Notes under the pieces: model-generated
Seen by the model: only the letters and a program-made list of their open reading frames with translations
The model's database searches: none
Told to the model about the DNA's origin: nothing
Assembly (NCBI GenBank): GCA_963666365.2
Contig: CAXXNF010000002.1
Location: 800,001-864,000, forward strand
From: Syntrophales bacterium
GTDB lineage: Bacteria > Desulfobacterota > Syntrophia > Syntrophales > UBA2210
DNA length: 64,000 nucleotides
Direction: 5' to 3'
Made by a program: the position numbers and the translations under genes
Shown: positions 20,660-31,450 of the stretch, piece by piece
How the letters are laid out: each line of letters begins with the position of its first letter
Position numbering within the stretch: the first letter of the stretch is position 1

Positions 20660-21202
20660 TTAACTCGCCGCTTGAATCAGCTCATAATTTCCATCATCGC
20701 GACGGTATATTACACTCACGTTTTCGGAAGTTGAATCTCTGAACACCACAAAGTGATTGTTTGATTCTTCCATTTCCATAATGGCGTCATCAACTGACAT
20801 GGGATTCAGCACAACCTTCCTGATTTCAACTATTTTGTAGGGTGTCTCTTCATCCACTTCGTCGGATGCAATCGCACTCAACCCTTCCGCAATACCCCGT
20901 TCCGCGCCATCCTTGCGATTTCTTATTTTTTCTTTATGCTTTTTCAGTTGGCGTTCTATCTTGTCTATAACCGTGTCAATTGCCACAATCATTTCTTTTG
21001 CTTCTTCCTTCCCATTGATCGTGGCTCCTTTGGCCATAAGCAAATTAATTTCCGCAACATTTCGATACTTTTCAACTGAGAGCACAACCTTTGCCTCAAC
21101 AGGCTTATCGATATACCTTTCAAGTTTCGATATTTTTTTGGTTACATAATCCTTAAGCCCATCTCCGGCCTCAGCGTTCCGGAACGTAAAAGATATTTGC
21201 AT
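20660..21202 (-). CDS. hpf: Ribosome hibernation promoting factor (long HPF)
   Basis: DKIERQLKKHKEK and C-terminal PMSVDDA...VIYRRDDG domain. Confidence 0.92.
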   Translation of the reverse strand: MQISFTFRNAEAGDGLKDYVTKKISKLERYIDKPVEAKVVLSVEKYRNVAEINLLMAKGATINGKEEAKEMIVAIDTVIDKIERQLKKHKEKIRNRKDGAERGIAEGLSAIASDEVDEETPYKIVEIRKVVLNPMSVDDAIMEMEESNNHFVVFRDSTSENVSVIYRRDDGNYELIQAAS

Positions 21203-21330
21203 AGATACGCCTCCTTCTCGTAGTGCTGTTGCAATAACCTCTCGTTCACAGGTCCCCGGTGATTATACACCGTGCCGTAACGATAGGGATAAAACAAAGC
21301 ATTGCTTACTATGTGAGTCGTGCAAAAATG

Positions 21331-22770
21331 TCAATAATATTTTTTCCTTTTATGCGAAGGAAGTATATTGAGCATTTCCCTGTACTTTGCCACAGTTCTT
21401 CGGGCAATTGAAATCCCCGAATCTTCAAGAATTTCTACTATCTGGCTGTCATTGTAAGGTTTTTGGGGATTTTCCAGGCTTACTATTTTTGTTATTTTTT
21501 CCTTCACACTTTCCGATGCAATCGCATCGCCGTCGGTCCGATTAATGCTGCTGTTAAAAAAATATTTTAATTCAAAAATGCCCCGCGGCGTATGCATATA
21601 CTTATTGGTAGTGACCCTGCTGATAGTCGATTCGTGCATCGACACGTCATCGGCAATATCTCTGAGCACCATCGGTTTTAGATAATTGATTCCTTTTTCA
21701 AAAAAATCTATCTGATGCTTCAAGATGCTTTCCGACACCTTGTAAATAGTTCTCTGTCGCTGCTGTATGCTCTTAATGAGCCACGTTGCCGATTGCAGTC
21801 GTTCCTTGATGTATTCTTTGTTTTTCTCGCCTCTCGAGCTGTTCTCGCCGGACGTAAGTATTTTTTTATAGAGATTGCTGACCTTCAGCTTGGGAAGACC
21901 GTCGTCGTTAAGGACAATCCTGAATTCATTTCCAACCTTAAATACATAAACATCCGGGATGATGTAATCCGGTTTTTCTTCGCTGTATCGCCTTCCCGGC
22001 TTGGGATCGAGATTGCAGATTATGGAGGCAGCTTCTATGACCTGTTCAATAGGGACCTTCCTTTTTCTTGCAATGTTATCGTAGTTTTTCGTTTCAAGAT
22101 CCTTCAAATGCTCTACCACAATCGTCGTTGCAAGAGGATCCTCTACCTGCAAGGCCTGAATCTGGAGCAGAAGGCATTCCCTCAGATCCCGTGCGGCGAC
22201 TCCCGGAGGATCAAATTCCTGAACTTTTGCAAGCGTCTTTTTCACGGACTCAAGGACAATCCCCATGGATTCTGATATTTCCTCACAGGTGGCCGCAAGA
22301 TATCCGTTTCCGTCCAGATTGCCGATTATCTCCCTTCCGATCATCTTTTCCTCCTCATCCATGTGAGAAAGATTGAGCTGCCATAGCAGATGATCGGAAA
22401 GAGACCCCTGGCGCGTTAAGATATTTTCCAGAGAAGGTGCCTCTGCAACCTCCCGCCCGTAATTTACCCCGACAGCGCCGTAATCTTCAAAATAGCCGTC
22501 CCAGTCAAAGTCTTCCCTGCCGTCCCCCTCTCCCGTGACTTCCCTTGTCACCAATTCGGCCGCGGGAGTATCCGACTCCGGAGGGACGCCGTTTTCCGGG
22601 TCATCATCAAATGCCTGTTCTTCAAGCATCGGATTCTGCTCCAGCTCCTGATTTATGGCACTCATCAATTCAAGCCTGGAAAGCTGAAGCAGTTTTATAG
22701 ACTGCTGAAGCTGCGGCGTCATGATCAGCTGTTGCGTCAGTTTCAGATTTTGTCTCAGCTCAAAGGCCAT
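21331..22770 (-). CDS. rpoN: RNA polymerase sigma-54 factor
   Basis: MTPQLQQSIKLLQL, HESTISR, RpoN box ARRTVAKYRE. Confidence 0.98.
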   Translation of the reverse strand: MAFELRQNLKLTQQLIMTPQLQQSIKLLQLSRLELMSAINQELEQNPMLEEQAFDDDPENGVPPESDTPAAELVTREVTGEGDGREDFDWDGYFEDYGAVGVNYGREVAEAPSLENILTRQGSLSDHLLWQLNLSHMDEEEKMIGREIIGNLDGNGYLAATCEEISESMGIVLESVKKTLAKVQEFDPPGVAARDLRECLLLQIQALQVEDPLATTIVVEHLKDLETKNYDNIARKRKVPIEQVIEAASIICNLDPKPGRRYSEEKPDYIIPDVYVFKVGNEFRIVLNDDGLPKLKVSNLYKKILTSGENSSRGEKNKEYIKERLQSATWLIKSIQQRQRTIYKVSESILKHQIDFFEKGINYLKPMVLRDIADDVSMHESTISRVTTNKYMHTPRGIFELKYFFNSSINRTDGDAIASESVKEKITKIVSLENPQKPYNDSQIVEILEDSGISIARRTVAKYREMLNILPSHKRKKYY

Positions 22771-22821
22771 AGTTGTTAACCCTTGCGTGCAATATCCCCG
22801 TTACGGGCTGTCGCCTGACTC

Positions 22822-23541
22822 CTATAAATCGAAATCGGCGCCGAGGTAGAATGTGCGTGCTACTTCGCTTGCCGCGATTGTATCGGGGTCTCCCTCCATG
22901 AGTATTTCACCTTCATTGACGATGTAGGCCCTGTCGCAAACCTTAAGCGTCTCGCGTACATTGTGATCCGATATCAATATGCCGATATCCCGTTCCTTCA
23001 ATTTCCCGATAATGCCCTGAATATCGGACAGCGCGATCGGGTCTATGCCGGCAAAGGGTTCATCCAGCAACATATAATAGGGCTCCGTTACCAGCGCTCG
23101 TGTAATTTCCACTCTTCTGCGCTCACCCCCTGAAAGAGCAAAGGCCATGCTTTTTGCAATATGCGTAAGGTCCAATTCCGCCAGAAGCGCTTTCAGCCGC
23201 ACTTCTCTTTCGTTTCTGCTGATATCGAGCGTTTCCAGAATAGCCATGATATTTTCTTCAACGGTAAGCTTTCTGAAGACCGACGGTTCCTGGGGAAGAT
23301 AGCTTATGCCTTTCCTCGCCCTCCTGTACATCGGTGAACGGCTTATGTCATGCCCGCCGAGCAGGACGCGTCCCGAATCCGGTTTTATCAAACCGACGAT
23401 CATGTAAAAGGTGGTCGTCTTGCCGGCCCCGTTCGGCCCTAAAAGGCCGACTACCTCACCTCTTCCTATCTCCAGATTGATACGGTTTACGACCCATCTG
23501 CCGCCGTAGATCTTAACCAGTTCTTTTGCCTCAAGTTTCAT
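22822..23541 (-). CDS. lptB: LPS export ABC ATPase
   Basis: [41 protein letters not shown]. Confidence 0.96.
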   Translation of the reverse strand: MKLEAKELVKIYGGRWVVNRINLEIGRGEVVGLLGPNGAGKTTTFYMIVGLIKPDSGRVLLGGHDISRSPMYRRARKGISYLPQEPSVFRKLTVEENIMAILETLDISRNEREVRLKALLAELDLTHIAKSMAFALSGGERRRVEITRALVTEPYYMLLDEPFAGIDPIALSDIQGIIGKLKERDIGILISDHNVRETLKVCDRAYIVNEGEILMEGDPDTIAASEVARTFYLGADFDL

Positions 23542-23599
23542 GTACACAGACAATCTCGACATCTATGAAAGCGCATTGCACCCCTATTGCGGTAAAACA

Positions 23600-24163
23600 T
23601 CACGGCCCCTTTTTCGGGTAAATCGTTGCTTTTACCCTGCCTTCCTTCAATGACTCGACAATGCCTTTCCCGTCTTTGAGAAAGAAAGTGATGCTGTCGC
23701 CTTTTACGGTGTTTTCTCCTTCTTTCATCACGACATTGCCGGTCACTACGACCTTTTGTGCACTGTGGTAAAGAACCGCATGATCTCCGCTGATAATGCC
23801 GTGTTCCCCCTCAATGGATACGTTGCGGCGTGCTTCAATCTTTTCGACTTCTCCCTTTTCCACCGCACCGGCGCCTTTCCCTGGCGCCTGACTTTGCCGG
23901 TAATATATGCGTAATTCATCGCAGTGAATGGTATATCGTTCCTGCTCAGCCGCCACTTGCCCCGAAAAGACTATCACCCCGCCATGCTCAAGGGTTTCAA
24001 GCCGATCCGACGTCACCGTAATCGGCGCGCCCTTGCCGGCCGATTCGATATCCGCCGCATGCCCAGCCGTGCACAGCATCAGTAAAACCAGAATCGGCGC
24101 TATCCTGCGCCCTGCAATGCCTGAAAGAAAGATGTGATTAGGGTCTCCACGCCTTGTCATCAA
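23600..24163 (-). CDS. lptA: LPS transport periplasmic protein
   Basis: Signal peptide and OstA-like beta-jellyroll pattern; lies between lptC and lptB; start uncertain. Confidence 0.8.
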   Translation of the reverse strand: MMTRRGDPNHIFLSGIAGRRIAPILVLLMLCTAGHAADIESAGKGAPITVTSDRLETLEHGGVIVFSGQVAAEQERYTIHCDELRIYYRQSQAPGKGAGAVEKGEVEKIEARRNVSIEGEHGIISGDHAVLYHSAQKVVVTGNVVMKEGENTVKGDSITFFLKDGKGIVESLKEGRVKATIYPKKGP

Positions 24164-24740
24164 TAATTGCCTTTACCTGTGAAGAAAGCAGGAGTTTTAC
24201 CTCATCCAGGGAATAGCTCATCCCCTTGGCCACAATCTGCATTCTCTTGTTTTTTATCAATATATCATTTTCCGTATAGATCGATCTGTCCAGCGACCTG
24301 TACTGCAATTGTTCGGTTTTGACCCATTCTCCCGCATCCGATGTCGCCACGACATGGCCGGAAAGTTCGATATTCCCGGATTCCCTGTTCCACGTCCCCT
24401 TATCGGCTGTCAAGGTAACGACCCGGCCTGCCCCGGAAAAAAACCTTGCTCTTACCTCGAACAGCTGCACCTCCTGATCAGTGCGCCTGTAATGGGCCCT
24501 GTCCGCCTGCAGTTCCCACCGCGAATCGCTGTCTCCCACTTCTGTGTAATGGAAATTCCTTATCTCGAGATCTGCTTTTCCCGGCAGGATCCGGAGTCCT
24601 GTCCCCGTAGTGTCTCTCTTGGCCAGAAAAATCCCGCCTATCACAAGCACCGCAAGCGCCACCGACGCTCCAATGAGGATTCTTCTGAATGTCACACGCT
24701 GCGACACCGCCATCGCCTTTCTTGATTTCAGGTATAACAC
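24138..24740 (-). CDS. lptC: LPS export periplasmic protein
   Basis: Single N-terminal TM, WELQADRA, LTADKG; synteny. Confidence 0.8.
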   Translation of the reverse strand: MLYLKSRKAMAVSQRVTFRRILIGASVALAVLVIGGIFLAKRDTTGTGLRILPGKADLEIRNFHYTEVGDSDSRWELQADRAHYRRTDQEVQLFEVRARFFSGAGRVVTLTADKGTWNRESGNIELSGHVVATSDAGEWVKTEQLQYRSLDRSIYTENDILIKNKRMQIVAKGMSYSLDEVKLLLSSQVKAIIDDKAWRP

Positions 24741-24804
24741 CCCTCCCTGAATAAGTAAAGACCGAACAAGGCGGTCTTTTTTTCATCAGGAAATTGAGGA
24801 AAGC

Positions 24805-25347
24805 TTAATCCATTTTATACCGTGCCGCCACTGCAGCCCATTTATCCTGAACCATGAGAATTAATTCGCAGAGTTCACGCACAGCCCCTCTCCCGCCTTT
24901 CAGACGGGTCACATAATCGGCCACCGTTTTCACATGTTCCGATGCATCGGCAACGGCAACGGAAAATCCCACCAGGCGAAAGACCGGAATATCGATAACA
25001 TCGTCTCCCACATAGGCAATGCACTCACCCCTGCAGTTGTTTTTCTGTATATACTCCTCCATGAAGGCGCCCTTGTTTTTGATTCCCTGATAGACCTCCG
25101 TAATTCCAAGATCCTCTGCGCGATGGGTCACCACCTCGGATCTGCGCCCAGTAAGCAGCGCTACGCCGATTCCATACCTCATGATCAACTTCAGCCCGTG
25201 GCCGTCCCGCACATCGAAATGTTTCAACTCGTTGCCCCGGTTATCCATGATAATTCTTCCATCGGTCAACACGCCATCAACATCACAGACAAGCAGGGTT
25301 ATCTTCCGTATTTTTTTTATCAGTCCATCGTCCTTAATTTCATTCAT
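24805..25347 (-). CDS. kdsC: KDO-8-phosphate phosphatase
   Basis: [29 protein letters not shown]. Confidence 0.95.
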   Translation of the reverse strand: MNEIKDDGLIKKIRKITLLVCDVDGVLTDGRIIMDNRGNELKHFDVRDGHGLKLIMRYGIGVALLTGRRSEVVTHRAEDLGITEVYQGIKNKGAFMEEYIQKNNCRGECIAYVGDDVIDIPVFRLVGFSVAVADASEHVKTVADYVTRLKGGRGAVRELCELILMVQDKWAAVAARYKMD

Positions 25348-26171
25348 CGCTCATCCATTTTGACAATAGTGTCAATGCGTTGTAAAGTTTTCAAAAGGCC
25401 GGGAAGCGTCTTGAGGAAAAGTGAATTCGGACCGTCGCAAAGCGCCCTCTCCGGATCAGGGTGAACCTCGCAAAATAGACCGTCCACACCGCAGGCAACG
25501 GCTGAGCGGGCAAGACACAGGGCCATCTCCCGGTCGCCTCCGGAGGCGCAGCCCATACCGCCCGGCAGCTGCACACTGTGTGTTGCGTCGAAGATTACCG
25601 GATAGCCTGTCTTTCTCATAATGGCAAGAGCGCGCATATCGGCGACAAGATTGTTGTAGCCGAAGCTATACCCACGCTCCGTAATCAGTATCCGCTCATT
25701 CCCCGATGCGCGGGCCTTTGCCACCACATTGTCTATGTCCTCGGGGGCGAGAAACTGTCCCTTCTTGATGTTGATGATTTTTGCCCTGGCTGCCACTTCG
25801 GTCACAAAGTCGGTCTGTCGGCACAAAAAAGCGGGCACCTGCACCACATCAAGCACCTGCGCCGCCGGTTCTATTTCCTCAAACCGGTGTACGTCGGAAA
25901 GAACGGGAACTTCCAGTGTCTCCCTGACCCTTGCAAGTATTTCCAATCCTTTGTGCAGACCCGGTCCACGAAAGGAGTCCTTCGAGGAACGATTGGCCTT
26001 GTCATAGGATGACTTGAAGATAAAAGGTATTCCCATATCTGAGGTAAGTTCTTTCAAAAACCGTGCTGTCTGCATCACGATCTCTTCGCTTTCTATCACA
26101 CAGGGACCGGCGATCAGCACAAAGGGATTTCCCTTTCCAATTGTGAAATCTTTTATAGAAAATGAGGCCAT
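25344..26171 (-). CDS. kdsA: KDO-8-phosphate synthase
   Basis: [34 protein letters not shown]. Confidence 0.97.
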   Translation of the reverse strand: MASFSIKDFTIGKGNPFVLIAGPCVIESEEIVMQTARFLKELTSDMGIPFIFKSSYDKANRSSKDSFRGPGLHKGLEILARVRETLEVPVLSDVHRFEEIEPAAQVLDVVQVPAFLCRQTDFVTEVAARAKIINIKKGQFLAPEDIDNVVAKARASGNERILITERGYSFGYNNLVADMRALAIMRKTGYPVIFDATHSVQLPGGMGCASGGDREMALCLARSAVACGVDGLFCEVHPDPERALCDGPNSLFLKTLPGLLKTLQRIDTIVKMDER

Positions 26172-26176
26172 GGATT

Positions 26177-28186
26177 CTATCCTTTATGTTTAGCTTTAAG
26201 AAGTTTGATTTTGAGTTGCGGAATCTTTTTCATGGCAGTGGTCGATTCAGGATTGATCTGATAGGCCCGCGTATATTCACGCAAGGCCTCTTTATACATA
26301 CCTTTTTTTTCGTAGGCTTCAGCCAGTGCCAGGTAGACCTGATCGTCTTCCCTTTCATAGCGAAGCGACGTCATATAGTTTGCAATTGCCTCGTCGACAT
26401 TCCCCTTCTGAAAATAGGCACGGCCTCTGCCCGAGTAAAATTCATGTCTCTTTTTGTCGATTTCGATGAGGCGGTTGTATGTTTCTATTGTTCTATCCCA
26501 TTCCCTGTTTTTTTCATAATGGTGCGCAAGCATAAGCAGCACCTCGATGGTCGGCTTTAGTGACGCATATTTTTCGTAGGCGGCAATTGCGTCTTTGGCG
26601 TTTCCGGTCTTTTCATGGCAGACGGCAATATTATGGTATATATCCTCTTTATCTGTTGCCCCCTTGTGCAATGCTTCTTCGTAACAACGCACGGCATTTT
26701 TGTAATCTTTCATTTCCTGGTACGCATAGGCCATATTGGTGTAGACGGCTGCGTTATTGGGGAATGCCTTACTGTATCCGGTAAAATATTCGATGGCCTG
26801 TGCATATTCCTTTTTTCGCAAATAGTGCTCTGCAAGTCGGGAGAGCGCATCCGTGTCGTTGGGTTTGAACTTCAGGACCTGTCGATATTCCTTTGCGGCG
26901 TCGTCATACCGCGCGGCCTTCTCGTAGGCCAGGGCAAGATTAAAACGAATCACTGCATTGTTCGGATTGAGCTGACGCGCCTTTTCATAATTTGCGATTT
27001 CTCTGTCATTAAGACCTTTTCCGCTGTAGGCGAGCCCTATATTCGCATAGGCCGAGGCGTTTTGTGGATTTTTGCTTATGAATATCCTGTAAAGGTCGAT
27101 TGCCTTGTCATAGTCCTTTGTTTTCAAATAGACGTCCGCCAGCGCAACGATTACCGCTTCGTTTCCCGGCATTTCTTTGTACACTTTTTCATACTCTTCA
27201 AGCGCTTCCTGCGTGTGTCCCATCTGCTCACAGGCCTCGGCAAGATTATACCGAACCGCTGCGTTGTCCGGCGAAAGTCTCAGCGATACCCGGTAATTGG
27301 CGGCGGCGCGGGGCCAATTGCCTATCAGCCCATAGACCTGGGCAATGCTTGCGTAGGCCGCGGCATCCTTTGAATTCATTCGGATAATCTTGCGATAGGC
27401 GAGGAGCGCCTCCTGATATTTTTTTATTTTTACATACAGTTTCGAAAGTGCAACAAGCGAAGGAAGATCATCAGGATTTTGTGCAAGCACCGCCTCGTAT
27501 TCATGAATGCCTTTGTCTATATTGCCGGAATCCACATAGGAACGGGCGAGCATCTTTCGGGCATTGAGATCCTCCTTCTTCATCCCTACCGCCTGTTCCA
27601 GGTATTCAGTCTGCGCTTTTTTGTCTTCCGATTGACGGGCATGTCTGAGCCAGTCTTGCGGCAGTATCTTTATTTCGATGGGGATCGCCGCAAGGACCTT
27701 TTCATTATACCGAACCTTCAGCGAAAACTTTTTCGCGCTGTCTTTTATGGAGCGATCAACTATCTCCACACCCTTCAGCAGCGAGCCCAGATCGTTTGTT
27801 CCTCCGGCGCCTTCCACATCGACGGCAATGCCCCGGGTGGTCATAAGATCGGTCTGCACCTTTTTCACTGCGAATTCATCACGGTAGGTAATTTCAAAGA
27901 CATCGCCTTCGCGCACACGGAATTCTTCGCCGTTTTTTTCGAGTTCAACCCAGTAAAAGTGCGGTCTTGCACCGAGCATATTGGTCATGACAAACCGCTT
28001 CGCCCGTATCATCGGCGCCGGCATGTCCACATCGCCTGCACTGAGAAAATGATAGAGCACTCCCCCCCCCGCGAATGCAGCGATCAGCAGAACAACCACC
28101 AACGTTACCCTGAGAGTGACTCCTTTTTTTTGTTTCGGCGTCTCATCTTTCCGGTCATTATCCTCCTGGCCGTAATAATAGTCCAT
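26177..28186 (-). CDS. Membrane-anchored tetratricopeptide repeat protein
   Basis: One N-terminal TM, a beta-rich domain, then a dozen or more 34-aa TPR-like repeats. Confidence 0.85.
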   Translation of the reverse strand: MDYYYGQEDNDRKDETPKQKKGVTLRVTLVVVLLIAAFAGGGVLYHFLSAGDVDMPAPMIRAKRFVMTNMLGARPHFYWVELEKNGEEFRVREGDVFEITYRDEFAVKKVQTDLMTTRGIAVDVEGAGGTNDLGSLLKGVEIVDRSIKDSAKKFSLKVRYNEKVLAAIPIEIKILPQDWLRHARQSEDKKAQTEYLEQAVGMKKEDLNARKMLARSYVDSGNIDKGIHEYEAVLAQNPDDLPSLVALSKLYVKIKKYQEALLAYRKIIRMNSKDAAAYASIAQVYGLIGNWPRAAANYRVSLRLSPDNAAVRYNLAEACEQMGHTQEALEEYEKVYKEMPGNEAVIVALADVYLKTKDYDKAIDLYRIFISKNPQNASAYANIGLAYSGKGLNDREIANYEKARQLNPNNAVIRFNLALAYEKAARYDDAAKEYRQVLKFKPNDTDALSRLAEHYLRKKEYAQAIEYFTGYSKAFPNNAAVYTNMAYAYQEMKDYKNAVRCYEEALHKGATDKEDIYHNIAVCHEKTGNAKDAIAAYEKYASLKPTIEVLLMLAHHYEKNREWDRTIETYNRLIEIDKKRHEFYSGRGRAYFQKGNVDEAIANYMTSLRYEREDDQVYLALAEAYEKKGMYKEALREYTRAYQINPESTTAMKKIPQLKIKLLKAKHKG

Positions 28187-28188
28187 TG

Positions 28189-29097
28189 CTATCCTCTCGG
28201 GTGATACTTTTTGTGTACTTCCTTCAGGCGGTCCCGCGTCACATGCGTATAGATCTGCGTGGTCGATATATCCGAATGTCCAAGCATTATCTGAACCGAC
28301 CGCAGATCAGCGCCCCCTTCGATCAGATGGGTGGCGAAGGAGTGTCGAAAGGTATGAGGATACACCTTTTTCGCAAGCCCCGCTTTTTTGGCATATTTTT
28401 TTACAATTTTCCACAATCCCTGCCGGGAGAACCCCTCTCCCCCGCGATTGAGAAAGAGCGCCTGTTCCTCCGATCGTTTCATTAATTTCGGCCTCACTTC
28501 CTCCAAATAGCGCATAAGCGAGCGTTGTGCCCGTTCTCCTATGGGTACGATCCGCTCCTTCCCCCCTTTACCGAAGACCAGACAATAGCCGACCTGCCAG
28601 TGTATTCCCCCGGTGGTAAGAGACACCAGTTCCGAAGCACGGATTCCCGTTGCGTAGAGAAACTCAAGCATCGCCGTATCCCGAATCGCCAGAGGCGTTC
28701 CCGTGCCCGGCGCCTTCAGGAGTGTCGCCATTTCCTCCCTGCTGATGGTATCGGGAAGGCGCATCCACACCTTCGCAAGCTCAATATCGGCAACGGGATT
28801 CTCCCGAATGAGATTTCGTTCGCGCAGATAGCGATTGAACCCGCGTACCGCTGCAAGGGTGCGGTTCACTGAATTGGAACCGAGCCCATCATCCCTCAAT
28901 TTTACTAAAAACGCAATGATCCCGTCAGAAGTGACGGCATTGCAGCACACTGTTCCCCTGCTTTGGAAATAATCGGCGTAACGATTGAGATCCCTGCTGT
29001 ATGCCTCGAGGGTATTGAGGGCCAGACCCCGCTCAACGGCAAGGTAATTGATAAAATCGTCTATTGCGCGATACACGTTATATTCAGTCCCGCTCAA
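28189..29097 (-). CDS. xerD: Site-specific tyrosine recombinase XerD
   Basis: [51 protein letters not shown]. Confidence 0.93.
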   Translation of the reverse strand: MSGTEYNVYRAIDDFINYLAVERGLALNTLEAYSRDLNRYADYFQSRGTVCCNAVTSDGIIAFLVKLRDDGLGSNSVNRTLAAVRGFNRYLRERNLIRENPVADIELAKVWMRLPDTISREEMATLLKAPGTGTPLAIRDTAMLEFLYATGIRASELVSLTTGGIHWQVGYCLVFGKGGKERIVPIGERAQRSLMRYLEEVRPKLMKRSEEQALFLNRGGEGFSRQGLWKIVKKYAKKAGLAKKVYPHTFRHSFATHLIEGGADLRSVQIMLGHSDISTTQIYTHVTRDRLKEVHKKYHPRG

Positions 29098-29164
29098 AAA
29101 TAACCGATGGTTCCGAAGTCTAATGAATCGTTATGAATATTGCAAGATCATTATATTCATAATT

Positions 29165-29343
29165 AGGGACGTACTACTAAGCGAGCAGTGAAGATGAAAA
29201 GGCCCGCAAGAATCTTCGCAAGGCACCCACATACGGGTCGGCCTGCGGGTGGGGAAATCTTTATCAAGACAGTGGAACAACTGACAGGTCCTTTTCTGGA
29301 AAAAGGAAAAGTGGGGCGATCAAAAAAGGGGGACATAAATTAA
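29165..29343 (+). pseudogene. C-terminal remnant of a REP-associated tyrosine transposase (RAYT / IS200-like Y1)
   Basis: Manual translation SEDEKARKNLR / frameshift / HPHTGRPAGGEIFIKTVEQLTGPFLEKGKVGRSKK* fits the TGRPxG..FI..LE...G...K.GRPK tail of these transposases; upstream stop, no HUH core. Confidence 0.6.
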
Positions 29344-29361
29344 TATTATGTCCCCCTTTTT
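29322..29361. terminator. Bidirectional intrinsic terminator / palindrome downstream of pilA
   Basis: AAAAAAGGGGGACATAA-loop-TTATGTCCCCCTTTTT inverted repeat with A/T tracts on both sides. Confidence 0.85.
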
Positions 29362-29379
29362 GTTGAACACGTTCTTGCC

Positions 29380-29751
29380 TTATGGTGTTATGTTTCCAGA
29401 TGAGTCTACCGAGTATGTTGTATCACCTTTGGAATGCACCGCCGTCGCGGCAAAGCCCGTTGGCGTAGCGGTAGTAATGGTAACGGTGACACCAGAAGTT
29501 GCCGTATACCCGTTCGCCGTTAAATCAGCGGCAGCAACCGACGTGGCGCTGGGATTCGAGGCGAAGTAGGTCATCGCGGCGTTATAGGCGTTCTTAAGAT
29601 CCGATTTTGCCGAAGCGTTCCAGCCTTTTGTCCGGTAGGTGTTGAACTGCGGGATCGCGATGGCCGCCAGGATGCCGATAATGGCGATAACGATCATCAG
29701 TTCGATCAGTGTAAAACCCTTCTGTCCCCTCTTTGCTCTGAGCATACTCAT
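29380..29751 (-). CDS. pilA: Type IVa major pilin
   Basis: Class III signal [26 protein letters not shown]; 111-aa mature protein; downstream of pilSR; AAGGAGG RBS. Confidence 0.95.
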   Translation of the reverse strand: MSMLRAKRGQKGFTLIELMIVIAIIGILAAIAIPQFNTYRTKGWNASAKSDLKNAYNAAMTYFASNPSATSVAAADLTANGYTATSGVTVTITTATPTGFAATAVHSKGDTTYSVDSSGNITP

Positions 29752-29816
29752 GGTGTTCCTCCTTGTTGTTTTTGGTTGGTGATACTGTCAATGCATTCGA
29801 CAGTTACCTGCTTCTT

Positions 29817-29833
29817 TGCAATTCACATGCCAC
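29817..29833 (-). promoter_or_regulatory. Sigma54 (-24/-12) promoter of pilA
   Basis: Minus strand TGGCATGTGAATTGCA = GG-N10-GC consensus; PilR-type activator adjacent. Confidence 0.85.
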
Positions 29834-30026
29834 CTCTGGCACAAAAAGAGCGTTACCTCCATTTGTCTGATATTGTTGAATTATTGGGGAGGAATTCTCG
29901 GTGTAGGCACTCCCGATGCCCTTTTCAGTACAAAACCGGCGTTGAAGAAAGCGGTGATTTTGCCCGGTCGCCGGTGAGGTTCACGGAAAATTGACCGGTG
30001 CGACGATTCCGCAGGAATTCATTGCA

Positions 30027-31418
30027 TTACACCGAACCTTCATTATTTATCTGATCCATTCTCAGCTTTTCGAGACGATAGCGGAGAGAATCGAAGGTAA
30101 TATTAAGATATTTTGCCGCCCGCGTTTTCGATCCATCGGCCTTTTTCAGCGCCTTTTCGATAAGGCGCCGTTCATAGTGCGCCAGTTCTTCAGCAAGACA
30201 AATGCCCTCGTCCGGTATGTCGTCACCCCCCTCCCGTGAAGCACCCCATTCTCCCGCTTCTGAAATAACAAGGTTTTCCGGCAGTATGATGTTCGACGTT
30301 TCCATAGCCACGCTTCGCTCTATGATGTTTTCCAGTTCGCGCACATTTCCCGGAAAGGGGTAATTCACCAGCAGTTCGAGGGCATAGGCGGATATTTTCT
30401 TTACCTCCCTTCCCGCTTCTCTGGCATATTTTTCTATGAAATACTCCACAAGCGTCGGGATGTCCTCTTTTCGGTCTCTGAGGGGAGGAATCCGTATCGG
30501 AATGACATTGAGGCGATAGTACAGATCTTCCCTGAATTCAAGATGTTGTACCTTTTTTTCGAGATTCTGGTTTGTCGCCGATATAATGCGCACGTCAACG
30601 GTAATATCTTCGCAGCCGCCGATGCGCCTGAAGGTCTTTTCCTGCACTGCCCTTAAAAGTTTTACCTGAAGGAACGGGGATAGTTCTCCCACCTCGTCGA
30701 GGAAGAGAGTCCCTCTGTGAGCGGCCTCGAAAAGACCCGCTTTATCGGCATAGGCGCCGGTAAAGGAACCCTTCGTATACCCGAAGAGTTCGCTTTCCAA
30801 AAGCTGTTCCGGTATGCCACCGCAATTGATCACCACAAAGGGCTTCCCTTTCCGGCTGCTGTTTTCATGGATGGACCGGGCCACCAGCTCCTTGCCGGTT
30901 CCACTCTCGCCAAGGATAAGCACATTTGCCGACGTATCGGCCACCCTGCGGATCAGCGAATAGACTTTCCGCATTTTCTTGCTCTTGCCCACCATGCCGC
31001 TGTAGGAAGGTGAGTTTTCCACCTCTTTGATAAACCGGGCTTCGTCGCGACCGGCTCCCCGCTGGCTCAGGGCCTTCTCCACCAGTGACTTCAGGTCGTT
31101 GAGATCAAAATTCTTTTCCAGATAATCATAGGCGCCCTCTTTCATCGCCGCCAGCGCGGTTTCCCCCGACGCATAGGCCGTCACCACAATGACCATGGTT
31201 TCCGGTGAGACTTCCTTTACCTGCTTCAGGAGGCTTATTCCGTCCATGCGGGGCATTTTGAGATCGGTGATCACGAGATCAAACTTTTTTTTCCTGCATC
31301 GGCTGATCGCCTCGCGCCCGCCGGGCACGGCAACCACGTCATATCGCTCACGGGTAAGCATGATTTCAAGAAATTCTCGCATACCCTGATCGTCATCCAC
31401 TACAAGGATGTCGGCCAT
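30027..31418 (-). CDS. pilR: Sigma54-dependent response regulator PilR
   Basis: REC + AAA+ (GESGTGKE, ESELFG, GSFTGA) + Fis HTH; between pilS and pilA. Confidence 0.88.
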   Translation of the reverse strand: MADILVVDDDQGMREFLEIMLTRERYDVVAVPGGREAISRCRKKKFDLVITDLKMPRMDGISLLKQVKEVSPETMVIVVTAYASGETALAAMKEGAYDYLEKNFDLNDLKSLVEKALSQRGAGRDEARFIKEVENSPSYSGMVGKSKKMRKVYSLIRRVADTSANVLILGESGTGKELVARSIHENSSRKGKPFVVINCGGIPEQLLESELFGYTKGSFTGAYADKAGLFEAAHRGTLFLDEVGELSPFLQVKLLRAVQEKTFRRIGGCEDITVDVRIISATNQNLEKKVQHLEFREDLYYRLNVIPIRIPPLRDRKEDIPTLVEYFIEKYAREAGREVKKISAYALELLVNYPFPGNVRELENIIERSVAMETSNIILPENLVISEAGEWGASREGGDDIPDEGICLAEELAHYERRLIEKALKKADGSKTRAAKYLNITFDSLRYRLEKLRMDQINNEGSV

Positions 31419-31450
31419 TGTGCAATTCCTCCTTCGGCGCCTCGCTTATT

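Noticed and set aside
24757..24783. Terminator-like hairpin between kdsC and lptC
   Set aside because: The long T tract is on the strand opposite to the operon; function unclear, so not called.
28189..29097. Phage or island integrase
   Set aside because: Sequence is typical housekeeping XerD, coupled to core genes; no att site or cargo seen.
29131..29162. dif site next to xerD
   Set aside because: Arm sequences and the 12-bp spacer do not fit the 11-6-11 XerC/XerD dif layout.
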